Positions 10,192 through 19,428 of a stretch of 64,000 nt of DNA are shown here, piece by piece. The stretch's first letter is position 1. Each line of letters begins with the position of its first letter. The notes below the pieces were generated by a model that was given only the letters and a program-made list of their open reading frames with translations, was not told the origin of the DNA and did not search any database. Source of the stretch: Candidatus Iainarchaeum sp. (GTDB lineage: Archaea; Iainarchaeota; Iainarchaeia; Iainarchaeales; JAXPJC01); the NCBI GenBank assembly GCA_016187745.1, contig JACPJC010000009.1, positions 1,118 through 65,117 of the forward strand, read 5' to 3'. The translations under genes were made by a program, and so were the position numbers.

Positions 10192-11791
10192 ATTTTATCT
10201 CCAGGAAATTCGGCGCATTTTCCGCTTCTATTGCAATGGTTGTATCCGGCGTTATGCTTGATGTGTTTCCTTCGGTATCAGTCAGGGTAATGGAGGCTGG
10301 CGCCCTGTCCAGCGCAAGGGCATAATCAGCAATTTTGCCGTCAAATTCAATTGTTTGTCCCGCATGATATTCAAATGGCTTGAAGAAGATGTAAAGATCC
10401 TTGCTGCCTGATGAGAATTTCTCAATCCACGCCTCATCTTCATTGTCAAATTCCCCGCTGATATGCGAATCATAACTGTATTCGCTGAGTTTTGACCATA
10501 AAAGGGCAACGCTCTTCACCATTTTTGTGGCAGAGCCGTCGCTTTTTAGCGAGCCCAAGCGGAATTCGCCCTTGTTTAATTTTGGGTATATCTTCAGTGC
10601 AACCATCCCATAAGGCCAGTAATTTCCGTTTGACGCCATCAATTGCATTTTTGAGAGCAATAGCGATTGAATCTCAAAAGCCGCATTCAATCTGTCTTCG
10701 GAATCAGAGACCGTTCCCATCGGGCGGACAATTGCGCCGCCTGTTCCATTCTCGAAATCCATAATTGGCACATTCTGCCATCCGTTAATATTCAATCTTT
10801 CCCTGATTTCAGCGATTCCCCCAATATGCGCATACTTGTTGAAAATTGCGGTCTTTGTCGGCGGATAATTTATGAACTCCCCACCAGATGCTGTTTTCGC
10901 GGGATAGCCGTGGAATGACCAAATGTCGAACTTGGCCCCATTTTCCTTATCCAGGAAATAATCAACATATTCCAGCGTCTTTTTTAAGTACTCATCCTGA
11001 TTTGTCATTGCGGTTTCTTCGCCATCGAGCCAATACTCAAATCCGGGAGTGCTAACCAGAACATCCGGGTATTTGCTCTTTATCTCCTCATAAGCCTTAT
11101 TGTTTGCCTCAAGCAGCTGCTCCTTTGTGCCTTTCCATGACTCCCCGGGATGATTTATTAATTCCACATATTTTATATTCGCGTCTTTTTGGTACCTTGA
11201 CAGGAACCAGTCAGCATAATTGGCATATCCCTCAATATCCGAGGAAACAAAAGTTTGGCTCTCCGTATTGTGGGAAAGCATTGGAATCAGGCTCCAGCCG
11301 TTTTCTTTTATTTTCTGGACTTCTTTGTCCAAATCAATCTTTTCCTTGCAATCTGCCTGCGACGGATGGCACATAAAATTTGAGAAATTTACCCCGTCTT
11401 CTGAAAAGAACTGCTGCTGGAATCTGACCTTGATGTATTTTATTTTTAAAGTGGAATTTATGACATCCGCTGCCATGCCCTGGCCCAATGCAAATTCCGC
11501 ACCCCATAAAAACCCGTCCGCATCAGTGCTGCTGCCGGCGCCAGGTTTTATCCCTTCGCAATCCCCAGGGCAAATTCCTCTTTCCTTCTCAACAGGGCCG
11601 CAAATCCCGTCCCCGCATTTTCCGCCGGTGTTTCCGTCTCCCTGGGCGCATTCCTGCCTCTCAATTTCGCTTACCTTCCCGTCCTTGTTCAAGTCGCATT
11701 CATCATATGTAACGCAGCCGCTGAAAAGAATCAGCAATGCAATTGCAAGAGCAGCAAAAATTATGAGCAAAGGCTTCATATTCCCTGCCAA
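10184..11791 (-). CDS. Lipoprotein, GH-A-like paralog with EF-hand-like and CGDG motifs
   Basis: LFSGC, DLNKDGKVSEIE, CGDGICGPVE, VELINHP, DIWSFHGY, IMDFENG. C-terminal domain resembles that of 8824-10191. Confidence 0.6.
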   Translation of the reverse strand: MAGNMKPLLIIFAALAIALLILFSGCVTYDECDLNKDGKVSEIERQECAQGDGNTGGKCGDGICGPVEKERGICPGDCEGIKPGAGSSTDADGFLWGAEFALGQGMAADVINSTLKIKYIKVRFQQQFFSEDGVNFSNFMCHPSQADCKEKIDLDKEVQKIKENGWSLIPMLSHNTESQTFVSSDIEGYANYADWFLSRYQKDANIKYVELINHPGESWKGTKEQLLEANNKAYEEIKSKYPDVLVSTPGFEYWLDGEETAMTNQDEYLKKTLEYVDYFLDKENGAKFDIWSFHGYPAKTASGGEFINYPPTKTAIFNKYAHIGGIAEIRERLNINGWQNVPIMDFENGTGGAIVRPMGTVSDSEDRLNAAFEIQSLLLSKMQLMASNGNYWPYGMVALKIYPKLNKGEFRLGSLKSDGSATKMVKSVALLWSKLSEYSYDSHISGEFDNEDEAWIEKFSSGSKDLYIFFKPFEYHAGQTIEFDGKIADYALALDRAPASITLTDTEGNTSSITPDTTIAIEAENAPNFLEIKYE

Positions 11792-11793
11792 AG

Positions 11794-12045
11794 CTATTCA
11801 CAATCCTCTGGGCATATTCCTTTTTCCTCTTCAACAGGCCCGCAAACTCCGTCCCCGCACTTGCCTTTGGCTGCCCCGCCGCCGAGCAGGTCTTGCCCTG
11901 TTTGTCCGCCCACAAGCTTGTTCAAGTCGCCGCCAGCAGACAGGTTGTAATCATTCAGCGGAAGCTGGATGCAGCCGCTGAGCAGGACAATCAATGCAAT
12001 AAGCGCCATGGCAAGAATTATGGCAGTTCCACGCATATTTTTCAT
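11794..12045 (-). CDS. Small lipoprotein consisting mainly of the CGDG Cys motif
   Basis: Signal peptide plus LLSGC. Ends KCGDGVCGPVEEEKGICPEDCE. Confidence 0.75.
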   Translation of the reverse strand: MKNMRGTAIILAMALIALIVLLSGCIQLPLNDYNLSAGGDLNKLVGGQTGQDLLGGGAAKGKCGDGVCGPVEEEKGICPEDCE

Positions 12046-12078
12046 TAATACTATCGGAGGGGCTATTTATAAGGATTT

Positions 12079-12966
12079 CTAAATCAGCAGCTTTCCGAAT
12101 CTTATACTTCCAATAAGGCGCGAAATTTTAACCGCGCAAACATATGCAATTCCCGCAAGTATTATTGCAAGCGCATGCAATGGGCTTTTGTTTTCAAGGA
12201 ATACAATCCCGCGCGGGCTGCTTATGGAGAAGCCAACGCCCTTCCCCCAAATGCCCGTTGCCGCCTTAAAGTCCGAAAGCGGGGAAACAAGGAAATGGAA
12301 TTTTATGTTCAGGAATTTTTCGCACAATTTTGCGGGATGCTTCTTGTAGAGCAGAACATCGTTTTGATGGTATTTCAGGCGCTGCATTACGTGCTTTGCT
12401 AAGCCCATAAAACCCTTTGGCTTCGCAAGTTTATGGTCGTGGACATAATTTGCCTTAACTAACTTAAATTCATAGCCAAGGTCCATTATTTTGAAGCTGA
12501 GGTCTGTGTCCTCCCTGTAATACACATAATCCTCATCATAGCCCCCAACTTTATTTAGAAGATTCTTGCGGAATGCGGTTGAAGTGCCCCCGTAATAGTC
12601 ATATGCGCTCACAATCCCGATTTTTTCAGAATCAAATCCCCCAGCCATATCCCTTAGCCAATTTCGCGAGGGAATGCAATCATGGTCCATGTTTATTACA
12701 ATGGGAAAGCGCGCTGCTTTTATTCCTGCATTTCTCGCCTTGCACACTCCGCCATGCTTTAAAAAAATCAATTTTATTTTTTTATTGTTTCTGAAATTGC
12801 TTTGAAGCATTTCCCTTGTGCCGTCCTTGCTTCCGTCATCAGCAACAATTATCTCATATTGCGCAGGATATTCAAGCTTCAGCATCGCCTCAAGCACCCT
12901 GCGCAGTATTGGCGCGTTGTTGAATGTGGCAATCACAATGCTCGCATTCGGGAATTTATTCTTCAT
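12079..12966 (-). CDS. Glycosyltransferase family 2
   Basis: ASIVIATFN, ADDGS, NMDHD, REDTDL. Confidence 0.9.
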   Translation of the reverse strand: MKNKFPNASIVIATFNNAPILRRVLEAMLKLEYPAQYEIIVADDGSKDGTREMLQSNFRNNKKIKLIFLKHGGVCKARNAGIKAARFPIVINMDHDCIPSRNWLRDMAGGFDSEKIGIVSAYDYYGGTSTAFRKNLLNKVGGYDEDYVYYREDTDLSFKIMDLGYEFKLVKANYVHDHKLAKPKGFMGLAKHVMQRLKYHQNDVLLYKKHPAKLCEKFLNIKFHFLVSPLSDFKAATGIWGKGVGFSISSPRGIVFLENKSPLHALAIILAGIAYVCAVKISRLIGSIRFGKLLI

Positions 12967-13441
12967 TCAGGAAGCCCTCAATTATTTTCATTATTCCCTC
13001 TGCGTGCGCAGTGCGCTTAAGTTTTATCTTGTTTATTTTTTCAAGCGCATTTTCAAGCTCCGCAATGTCATAAACCGCAATTGCATTCCCCGAATCCGCA
13101 ACAGCCCTTGTAAGCTCAAGCTGATGGTCGTTCGTGTGCTCATGGAAGCGCGCCAGGCGCGGGACAATAACCATTTTTTTATTTAATTGCAAAGCGGTTC
13201 CTATTACTCCTTCCCCCCCGTGCGTAATTATTAAATCCGCATTTTTCATGCGCTGCTTGAATGCGCCGAAATCAAGGAATTTGGAATATTTGAAATGCTT
13301 CGGCTTGTAGGTGGAATATCCGGTTTGGGCAAAAATATTTCCGCCTAATTTTTTACTTTCAATTAACTCATCTATTTTCCCCAGTAGGCGGTTGAACTGC
13401 ATAGGGTGCGTTCCAACGGGAATGAAAATTTTTCTATTCAT
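12956..13441 (-). CDS. Alg13/PssE/Cps14G-like glycosyltransferase catalytic half
   Basis: VGTHPMQFNRL, AQTG, IITHGG, VPR, EHTNDHQLE. Confidence 0.88.
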   Translation of the reverse strand: MNRKIFIPVGTHPMQFNRLLGKIDELIESKKLGGNIFAQTGYSTYKPKHFKYSKFLDFGAFKQRMKNADLIITHGGEGVIGTALQLNKKMVIVPRLARFHEHTNDHQLELTRAVADSGNAIAVYDIAELENALEKINKIKLKRTAHAEGIMKIIEGFLNEE

Positions 13442-13453
13442 AATTTTCCTTCC

Positions 13454-13966
13454 TTAAAATATGCTCCCTCCGAATTTTGCCCTTGGGTAAAAGCGCCGGA
13501 GCGCCTTCCACTGGATTATGAACAAATCCGCAATAGGATAGACCAGCCTTCCGGAAATTCCGGGCCTGAAAGGACGGCAGAAGCTCTCAATGAAGATTAT
13601 TTTTTTCCCAAGGAGTTTTGCTGCATAGCACACAGGAACCGCAACATCGGCGCCAGTGGATATTATCACATCGGGGTTTTCTTTGCGCAAAATTTTCAAT
13701 GCGCGGAAGAAATCAAGGAGCGTTGTTATGGGATTGCGCGCGGGCCTTTCCAGAAAATAAATTTTCTCCTTTTTTGCAAGGCTTTCAGTGTCCGCGCGCC
13801 TGAAGGTCATGAAAAAATATTTATGCTTTGAGAAAAAGGGGCGCAACTGCAATATTTCATCCAAGTGCCCCCCTGCAGAGCATGCAAGGCATATCTTCAC
13901 CGAACCGCAGGGAAACCCGAGGTTTCCCTTCAGTTTGAGGTTCCTCCTGATTCCCTTCCTTTTCAT
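13454..13966 (-). CDS. Alg14/PssD/Cps14F-like glycosyltransferase half
   Basis: CSAGGHL, PDVIISTGADVAVP, IFIES, IIQW. Confidence 0.88.
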   Translation of the reverse strand: MKRKGIRRNLKLKGNLGFPCGSVKICLACSAGGHLDEILQLRPFFSKHKYFFMTFRRADTESLAKKEKIYFLERPARNPITTLLDFFRALKILRKENPDVIISTGADVAVPVCYAAKLLGKKIIFIESFCRPFRPGISGRLVYPIADLFIIQWKALRRFYPRAKFGGSIF

Positions 13967-13969
13967 CTC

Positions 13970-14977
13970 TTAGCCCCACCAGCCGAAGAACTCATTCCCG
14001 AAAACAATGAAAGTGAACAATGAAACAACAGCCTGCATCCCGAGGATTATCAATACGACCTGCTTCTCGGTGAAATTTCCCCTGCGCATAACCCATTGCG
14101 TGAGGGAGCCCCCGCGCGGATCAGCTTTTAATGTTCCATCCTTCTGCGGAATGCCAAAGCTCTGGCTCTGGAATTTGTGCTTTGCCTTGAAGAGGAATTC
14201 AGCAAAATAAAGGACAATTATGAGCATTCCGAGCTTTTCCATATTGCCGATTATTACAGCGCTTGCCAATCCCGCGCCAATCATGAGCGTGAGGGAATCC
14301 CCGGGAAATATCCTTGCAGGATACCAATTGAAGCGCAGGAAAGCAAGAAGCGCGCCCAGCATTGCGGCAAGGATTATTGCTGACTCCACACTTCCATAGA
14401 ACATTGCAATTATCAGCATTGTAAAGGAAATTATTGCGCCCATCCCTGCTTCAAGGCCATTAAGCCCCGCGAGCATGTTGAAGGCATTGCTTGCGCCTGT
14501 AATTCCTATCGGCACAATAACGAGGGAATAAAAAATCCCGAAGGAAAAAACCCCGATGATCGGAAGGCGCATTTCCGTTGTGCCAATGTTCAATGCCATA
14601 AGGGGGAGCGCGGCAAATATTGGAATCAGCGCGTGCTGCCACTGCCTTATCCCATGGCGCCAGCCAATAAGGTCATCAATTATTCCCAGAAGGCCAATGA
14701 GAATTACTGTTGAAAATGCTGCAAGCACTGCAGTAAGATTCAATTCAACAAGGCCAAGATATGTGTAGGAAAAAATTGCAACGATGATTGCGAACGCAAA
14801 GCCGAGCATTACAGTAATTCCGCCCATTTCCGCGACTTTTGCGTTTCCTAATTTGTTCATATCCCTTCCGACAATCCTGCGGAAGTGCATCCTCCTTATG
14901 AAAAATGGGCTGACAGCATTGGTTATGAGAAATGCAGCAATAACCGCAAGAATTGCCATGGGCAATAAATAGTTCAT
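13970..14977 (-). CDS. UDP-GlcNAc:polyprenyl/dolichyl-phosphate GlcNAc-1-P transferase (AglH/Alg7, MraY superfamily)
   Basis: GRDMNK, VAEMGG, GIIDD, NAFNMLAGLNGLEAG, FNWYPARIFPGD; multi-TM. Confidence 0.9.
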   Translation of the reverse strand: MNYLLPMAILAVIAAFLITNAVSPFFIRRMHFRRIVGRDMNKLGNAKVAEMGGITVMLGFAFAIIVAIFSYTYLGLVELNLTAVLAAFSTVILIGLLGIIDDLIGWRHGIRQWQHALIPIFAALPLMALNIGTTEMRLPIIGVFSFGIFYSLVIVPIGITGASNAFNMLAGLNGLEAGMGAIISFTMLIIAMFYGSVESAIILAAMLGALLAFLRFNWYPARIFPGDSLTLMIGAGLASAVIIGNMEKLGMLIIVLYFAEFLFKAKHKFQSQSFGIPQKDGTLKADPRGGSLTQWVMRRGNFTEKQVVLIILGMQAVVSLFTFIVFGNEFFGWWG

Positions 14978-14987
14978 ATTTTCACAA

Positions 14988-17279
14988 TTACTTTACCCTG
15001 ATTATCTTTATTCCCTTTGCGTAGTATATTTCCTCAAAGTGCGTTATGTCCGGGGCCCTGAACCACAGGCGCGCGAGCAGGCTTGAGTTTGTTGCTGAAT
15101 TCACAATATACAGCCTTGTGAAGTCATTGTCCCTGTAAATGAACAGCGGCATCCTGTCCTGCACCTGGTTTGGAATGTCAGTCCATGCTGTTGGGAGGGA
15201 TTGGTATTGCGCAAGCGGTATCTTATTCGGACCGCATTCAATCTCCTGTGTTAACTGCAGGATGCTGCAGCCGAATGCAACCCCGAAGAACTTGGCTATG
15301 CGCTCATCATTCCCGTTTGTTGTAACGTATGCATACATCCCCAAGGAGCGCTGCTTCATCAATAAATCCTCATCCAAGATTACATAATCCGCGCCATAGC
15401 TCTTCACAAGGTCATGCATCTTGTTCTCGTCTTCTTCCACAATGAACAGCGCGAAATCCCTGTCGCCTGCAAAATCATAATTCCTGTTGTCCGTGGAGGC
15501 GCCTCTTTCCCCTAAGAAAGTGACCCAATGGCCCTCGTCCCACCAGTTGTAGAATTTCGCATCTTTTTCTGTATTAATGCTGGCCCACTTCAGTGCGGTT
15601 TTCCAGCCCTGCGCCAGCTCTATGGGAGGGAAATGATCAGAAATGAAAAATATGCTTGAACCTACTGCAGTAATCAGCATGAAGCCCACAAATGCTGCAA
15701 CCGCAACCTTCTCTGCGGTTTTGCGCTTCTCAAAAAATTCAAGCAGGTCAAAGCACACGAATGCCGCGGCAGCTGCGACCGCGAGGCCGAACGCAAATGT
15801 CAATTGCAGGCGGTTCCATGCCATTATGAATGTCGCAAGGATCCAGAAAAACAGCAGGAGGCTCATCACATCATTCCTTTTCCTGAAAATCCTTATTGGA
15901 ATTAGAATCAGCGCAAGTATGGGGAATATTATCAGTGCGCTGAATTTTGTGCCGAAGAACTGGTAGCCCGTGTTCTGCTCCCCTACTGTTGCGGCAAGAA
16001 CATCCCCGCCTGTAATTTCCCCCGTGCCTCCGGAAACAGGCGCAAGGTTCGGGAAGAACTTGTATAAATAGCTGAATGCGCCTGAAGTCCAGCCAATCCC
16101 TATGTGCAGGGTCATCAGGCCTGCGAATATTGCAAACATCACAACAAACAGGACTGCGAATGCCTTTATTTTCTGCGCTTCAATTCCCCTGACCCGTAAC
16201 TTGGTAATTAAATTATAAATGCCATATTTGAACAGCAGATATATAATGATAAAAAACCAGCCCATAATTAAAAAATATGAAATTATTCGTAACCAGTCAC
16301 CCATCCACGAGCTTATGATAAATAAAATTCCTGCAGCATTTGCAATTGCAAACAGGAGAACAGCAAAAGTCTTTATTTCCTGCGCTTCAATCCCCCTGAG
16401 CCACATGATTATTAAATTGTAAATCCCGTATGCAATTAGCAGATAGGGAATTATCAAGAACCATCCCCCTATCCACGGGCTTATGCTCAGCACGATTCCT
16501 GCAGCAACAGCATTGAGAAGGTTTTTCCTTTTCAGTTCAAGCGTGCCTGTTGCCCTCGCGAAAAGGAAGAAGCCAAGCACCATGAAAAGGAAGACCATGC
16601 TGCTTCCTTCGTACCAGCCCGCCATTGTGCGATAGACAAATGCGCTGCTTGCGGCAGTGAAAAACCCTGCAAGATAGCCCGCCTTGTTGCTCCTGTAAAT
16701 TCTCCTGAACAAAAAGAACATTGCAAGCGCGGTAAGCGCGCCATAAATTGCCGGAAGCACCTTAACAAATTGTATCCACACTTCCTTGTTGTATGCGCTC
16801 CCGAATGTGAAGATTTTGTAAATTGCTGCATTAATGAACCAGAAGCCCATCGGATCCGAGGGAATCCGCGCCCCCCCTATTTGGTAATATGCGAGCGGGT
16901 CCTTCGGGGGATAAGAGCATGAATCCGCACCAGTTTCACAGTACTTCATGTCAATAATGCTGCTTTTTCCAATATTCTCGGGCGCAAAAACAGGAATCAG
17001 CTCGCCCTTTATCGCATATGAGGTCATGCGCGCATGCCAGTAGGTGTCAAACTCAAAGAACAGCTCATACTGCAGCTGGTGCCCGCGGATTGCAAACCCA
17101 AGTATGAAAATTAGCGCAAGGATGAAGAGCATTTTTTTGTTGAATTTCGGGATTTTGAATGCAGGCATATGGATTTTCGGAATTTGCATGCCTGATTTCT
17201 CATTTCCCTCAGGCCCGTGCTGCATTGCATCGGGAGTGCCTTCAATCTGCGCAGTTTCTTCCAACCAGAATCCCTTCAA
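14988..17279 (-). CDS. aglB: Oligosaccharyltransferase AglB (STT3 family)
   Basis: EFDTYWHAR, YRTMAGWYE, TVGEQ (TIxE-like), WWDEG, DNR; multi-TM N-terminal half. Start uncertain. Confidence 0.9.
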   Translation of the reverse strand: MKGFWLEETAQIEGTPDAMQHGPEGNEKSGMQIPKIHMPAFKIPKFNKKMLFILALIFILGFAIRGHQLQYELFFEFDTYWHARMTSYAIKGELIPVFAPENIGKSSIIDMKYCETGADSCSYPPKDPLAYYQIGGARIPSDPMGFWFINAAIYKIFTFGSAYNKEVWIQFVKVLPAIYGALTALAMFFLFRRIYRSNKAGYLAGFFTAASSAFVYRTMAGWYEGSSMVFLFMVLGFFLFARATGTLELKRKNLLNAVAAGIVLSISPWIGGWFLIIPYLLIAYGIYNLIIMWLRGIEAQEIKTFAVLLFAIANAAGILFIISSWMGDWLRIISYFLIMGWFFIIIYLLFKYGIYNLITKLRVRGIEAQKIKAFAVLFVVMFAIFAGLMTLHIGIGWTSGAFSYLYKFFPNLAPVSGGTGEITGGDVLAATVGEQNTGYQFFGTKFSALIIFPILALILIPIRIFRKRNDVMSLLLFFWILATFIMAWNRLQLTFAFGLAVAAAAAFVCFDLLEFFEKRKTAEKVAVAAFVGFMLITAVGSSIFFISDHFPPIELAQGWKTALKWASINTEKDAKFYNWWDEGHWVTFLGERGASTDNRNYDFAGDRDFALFIVEEDENKMHDLVKSYGADYVILDEDLLMKQRSLGMYAYVTTNGNDERIAKFFGVAFGCSILQLTQEIECGPNKIPLAQYQSLPTAWTDIPNQVQDRMPLFIYRDNDFTRLYIVNSATNSSLLARLWFRAPDITHFEEIYYAKGIKIIRVK

Positions 17280-17457
17280 TCAGTTTCTATAATATAGAAA
17301 AACAATAGTTTTAAAATAGAAAGCAGTATTGGGACAAAAATAGAATATGCTATGCGCGCTATGCAAAACAAATTTCTGTTGGAATGGGGCGCAAAACTCC
17401 CCTTTTTAATAGATTTACGCTAACAGTTAATTGGATTAAACTGCAGATGGCGGTCTG

Positions 17458-18552
17458 ATGTCAAAAGAAACAAGGCAGGCACTTTATTTCATATTGCCCC
17501 TGATTTTTCTGGCCATTCTTGTTTCAGGCTGTGTCCAGGAAGATGACAATTATTCTGCGCCGGATTCTGTCCCCGGGAAGAATATTGTCCCTGATTTTAC
17601 CAATGATGGTTTGCAGATTCAGGACCGCAACAACACAGGCTTAGTTGTGCCTCCGCAGGGCCCGGAAGACGATTCCCTGCATCTTGAAATTGACAAGAAT
17701 GCGCTTTATGAAATTGAAAATTCAAAAAGAACCAGACTGGACTTCGAGCCGTACTGCTTTGAGGATGTCTGCTATTTTTTGCTGGGCCTTGCAAAAGACT
17801 TCAAAAAAATAAGCATTGACTTAAAGGATGCGAACGGACTGTCCCCGCTGGATTTTTCCCCGCGTTCAAAAAGCATTTCAATCGCGTATACGTTCAGCCC
17901 GGCAGTCCGGAAAAAATGCTTCAAAATGTCCGAAATGCAATATGAAAATTATTTGGAAAGAAAAGACATTGAGACGTATTGCAATAAGCTTGCTGAATTG
18001 AATGGAATAACCGGGCTGAGCTTTGATGATAACTTTGCGCTTTTTGTCACTTCGCAGCCAGTTTCTGAATTGAGATATGCCGCGAGATATTTGGGAAACA
18101 ACAGCGTTGAAGTGGATGCATTTTCATTATATGGCCAAAAGATTTGGGTTGTAATCCTGCACGAATTTGTGCATTACGGGGCGGAAGGGCTGAGCCTGCC
18201 TTCGTGGTTTGAGGAAGGACTGGCGGATTATGCAAGTTATACGGTAAATGATGAGCTGATATACAAACCCCAGCCGACTCCCGGGCAAATAACCGGGTGG
18301 GACCCCTATGACAATGCTTTTGATGCTGAAGAAAATTCAAGAAGGTATAATTATGTCGCATATGTGATCAAGATTTTTTCAAGGGACTTTGGAAAGGGCA
18401 AACTGCCGGAGGCGCTCAAATATTATAAGGAATTCAAAGTAGTGCCTGAGGAAAGCGGCATCCAAAAAAACAAATACCTGGAACTGGCGCTGCAAAAAGC
18501 ATTGCAGGACCAGAATTATTCGTTGCAGGAATTTGCATACCCTGATAATTGA
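17458..18552 (+). CDS. Lipoprotein with gluzincin (HExxH) metallopeptidase domain
   Basis: Lipobox LVSGC, ILHEFVH followed by PSWFEEGLADY. Confidence 0.75.
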   Translation: MSKETRQALYFILPLIFLAILVSGCVQEDDNYSAPDSVPGKNIVPDFTNDGLQIQDRNNTGLVVPPQGPEDDSLHLEIDKNALYEIENSKRTRLDFEPYCFEDVCYFLLGLAKDFKKISIDLKDANGLSPLDFSPRSKSISIAYTFSPAVRKKCFKMSEMQYENYLERKDIETYCNKLAELNGITGLSFDDNFALFVTSQPVSELRYAARYLGNNSVEVDAFSLYGQKIWVVILHEFVHYGAEGLSLPSWFEEGLADYASYTVNDELIYKPQPTPGQITGWDPYDNAFDAEENSRRYNYVAYVIKIFSRDFGKGKLPEALKYYKEFKVVPEESGIQKNKYLELALQKALQDQNYSLQEFAYPDN

Positions 18553-18577
18553 GCAAAGAAAAAGCAGATGTTGAAAA

Positions 18578-18697
18578 TGATTAGCAGCGTGAAGGAGGCT
18601 CCATGCGTAAGCACAGCGCCAGCCAATCCCCTCCAGGGCTTAACTTCCGGGTTCGGAATGGGACCGGGTGTTTCCCCTGCGGTATGGCCGCTAATCA
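18578..18697 (-). rRNA. rrf: 5S rRNA (stand-alone)
   Basis: Minus strand reads TGATTAGCGGCCATACCGCAGGGGAAACACCCGGTCCCATTCCGAACCCGGAAGTTAAGCC...GCTGCTAATCA, with paired termini and the conserved CCGAAC. Confidence 0.95.
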
Positions 18698-18732
18698 ATA
18701 AAATTAGTGCATGAAAGAATTTTTAAATGCTG

Positions 18733-19428
18733 TCATTTTATCTTCTTGATAAGCTGGGAGGCCCTTTCAAGCCCCTTGCGCAGGAATTCCTCCCTTTTGG
18801 CCCCGGCGCATATCACTTTTCCATTCTTGAATAAAAGAAGGGTTATTTTCGGCTCGTCAATGCGCAGTATTGCGCCCGGGAACTGCTCCGGCTCGTATTC
18901 AACATTATCAAGCGACATTGCTGTCTTGAAAAGGTCAAGGGTCTGGTTCAGGTTTGCGGTTGCAACAAGGTTTACGACATTGTATTCGACATCCCTCTGC
19001 ACCTTCACATTGGGCTGAACCTCATGTATCAGCTTGCTTGCCTTTGTTATCCCAAGCGCGATTTCCTTTTCGGAGCTTGCCCCGGAGCATATCACTTTCC
19101 CGTTCTTGAAAAGCAGCATGCTGACTTTAGGCTCCTTCAGTTTCAGTATTGCGCCCGGGAACTGCTCCGGCTCATACTCAATATTCGGGATTGTAACTGC
19201 AAGATTGTAAAGGTCAAGCGTTGCGTTCAGGTTTCCGGAAGCGACCAGATTGACAACGGCATAGCTTATTTTCCCTGTTGTTTTCATCTGCACATTGCGC
19301 GGCTTCTCAGGGGCTGAGGACTCAACTTCCTCGGCGAACTTCTCAAGCAGCTTTGATTTCTTTGCCCTGGGCCTTGAAATCCTCGCCTTCCTTATTTTTT
19401 TGGCGGATTTCTTTTTCGCTTTTGCTAT
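18733..19428 (-). CDS. tbp: TATA-box binding protein, probably with a basic N-terminal extension from an ATA start
   Basis: Two NLVA..YEPEQFPG..LLFKNGKVIC.GA repeats. Frame is open to ATA at 19428, preceded by GGTGA. The ORF track start is 19293. Confidence 0.95.
   Translation of the reverse strand: MAKAKKKSAKKIRKARISRPRAKKSKLLEKFAEEVESSAPEKPRNVQMKTTGKISYAVVNLVASGNLNATLDLYNLAVTIPNIEYEPEQFPGAILKLKEPKVSMLLFKNGKVICSGASSEKEIALGITKASKLIHEVQPNVKVQRDVEYNVVNLVATANLNQTLDLFKTAMSLDNVEYEPEQFPGAILRIDEPKITLLLFKNGKVICAGAKREEFLRKGLERASQLIKKIK

Larger units (their letters stand above)
8666..11862 (-). repeat. Three dispersed copies (about 8666-8731, 11558-11620, 11800-11862) of a ~63-bp segment encoding KCGDG(V/I)CGPVExxxx(x)ICPxDC
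   Basis: Visible at both protein and DNA level in three of the four lipoprotein genes. Confidence 0.85.

Noticed and set aside
18516-18698. 60-aa ORF MISGHTAGETPGPIPNPEVK
   Set aside because: Translation shadow of the 5S rRNA.
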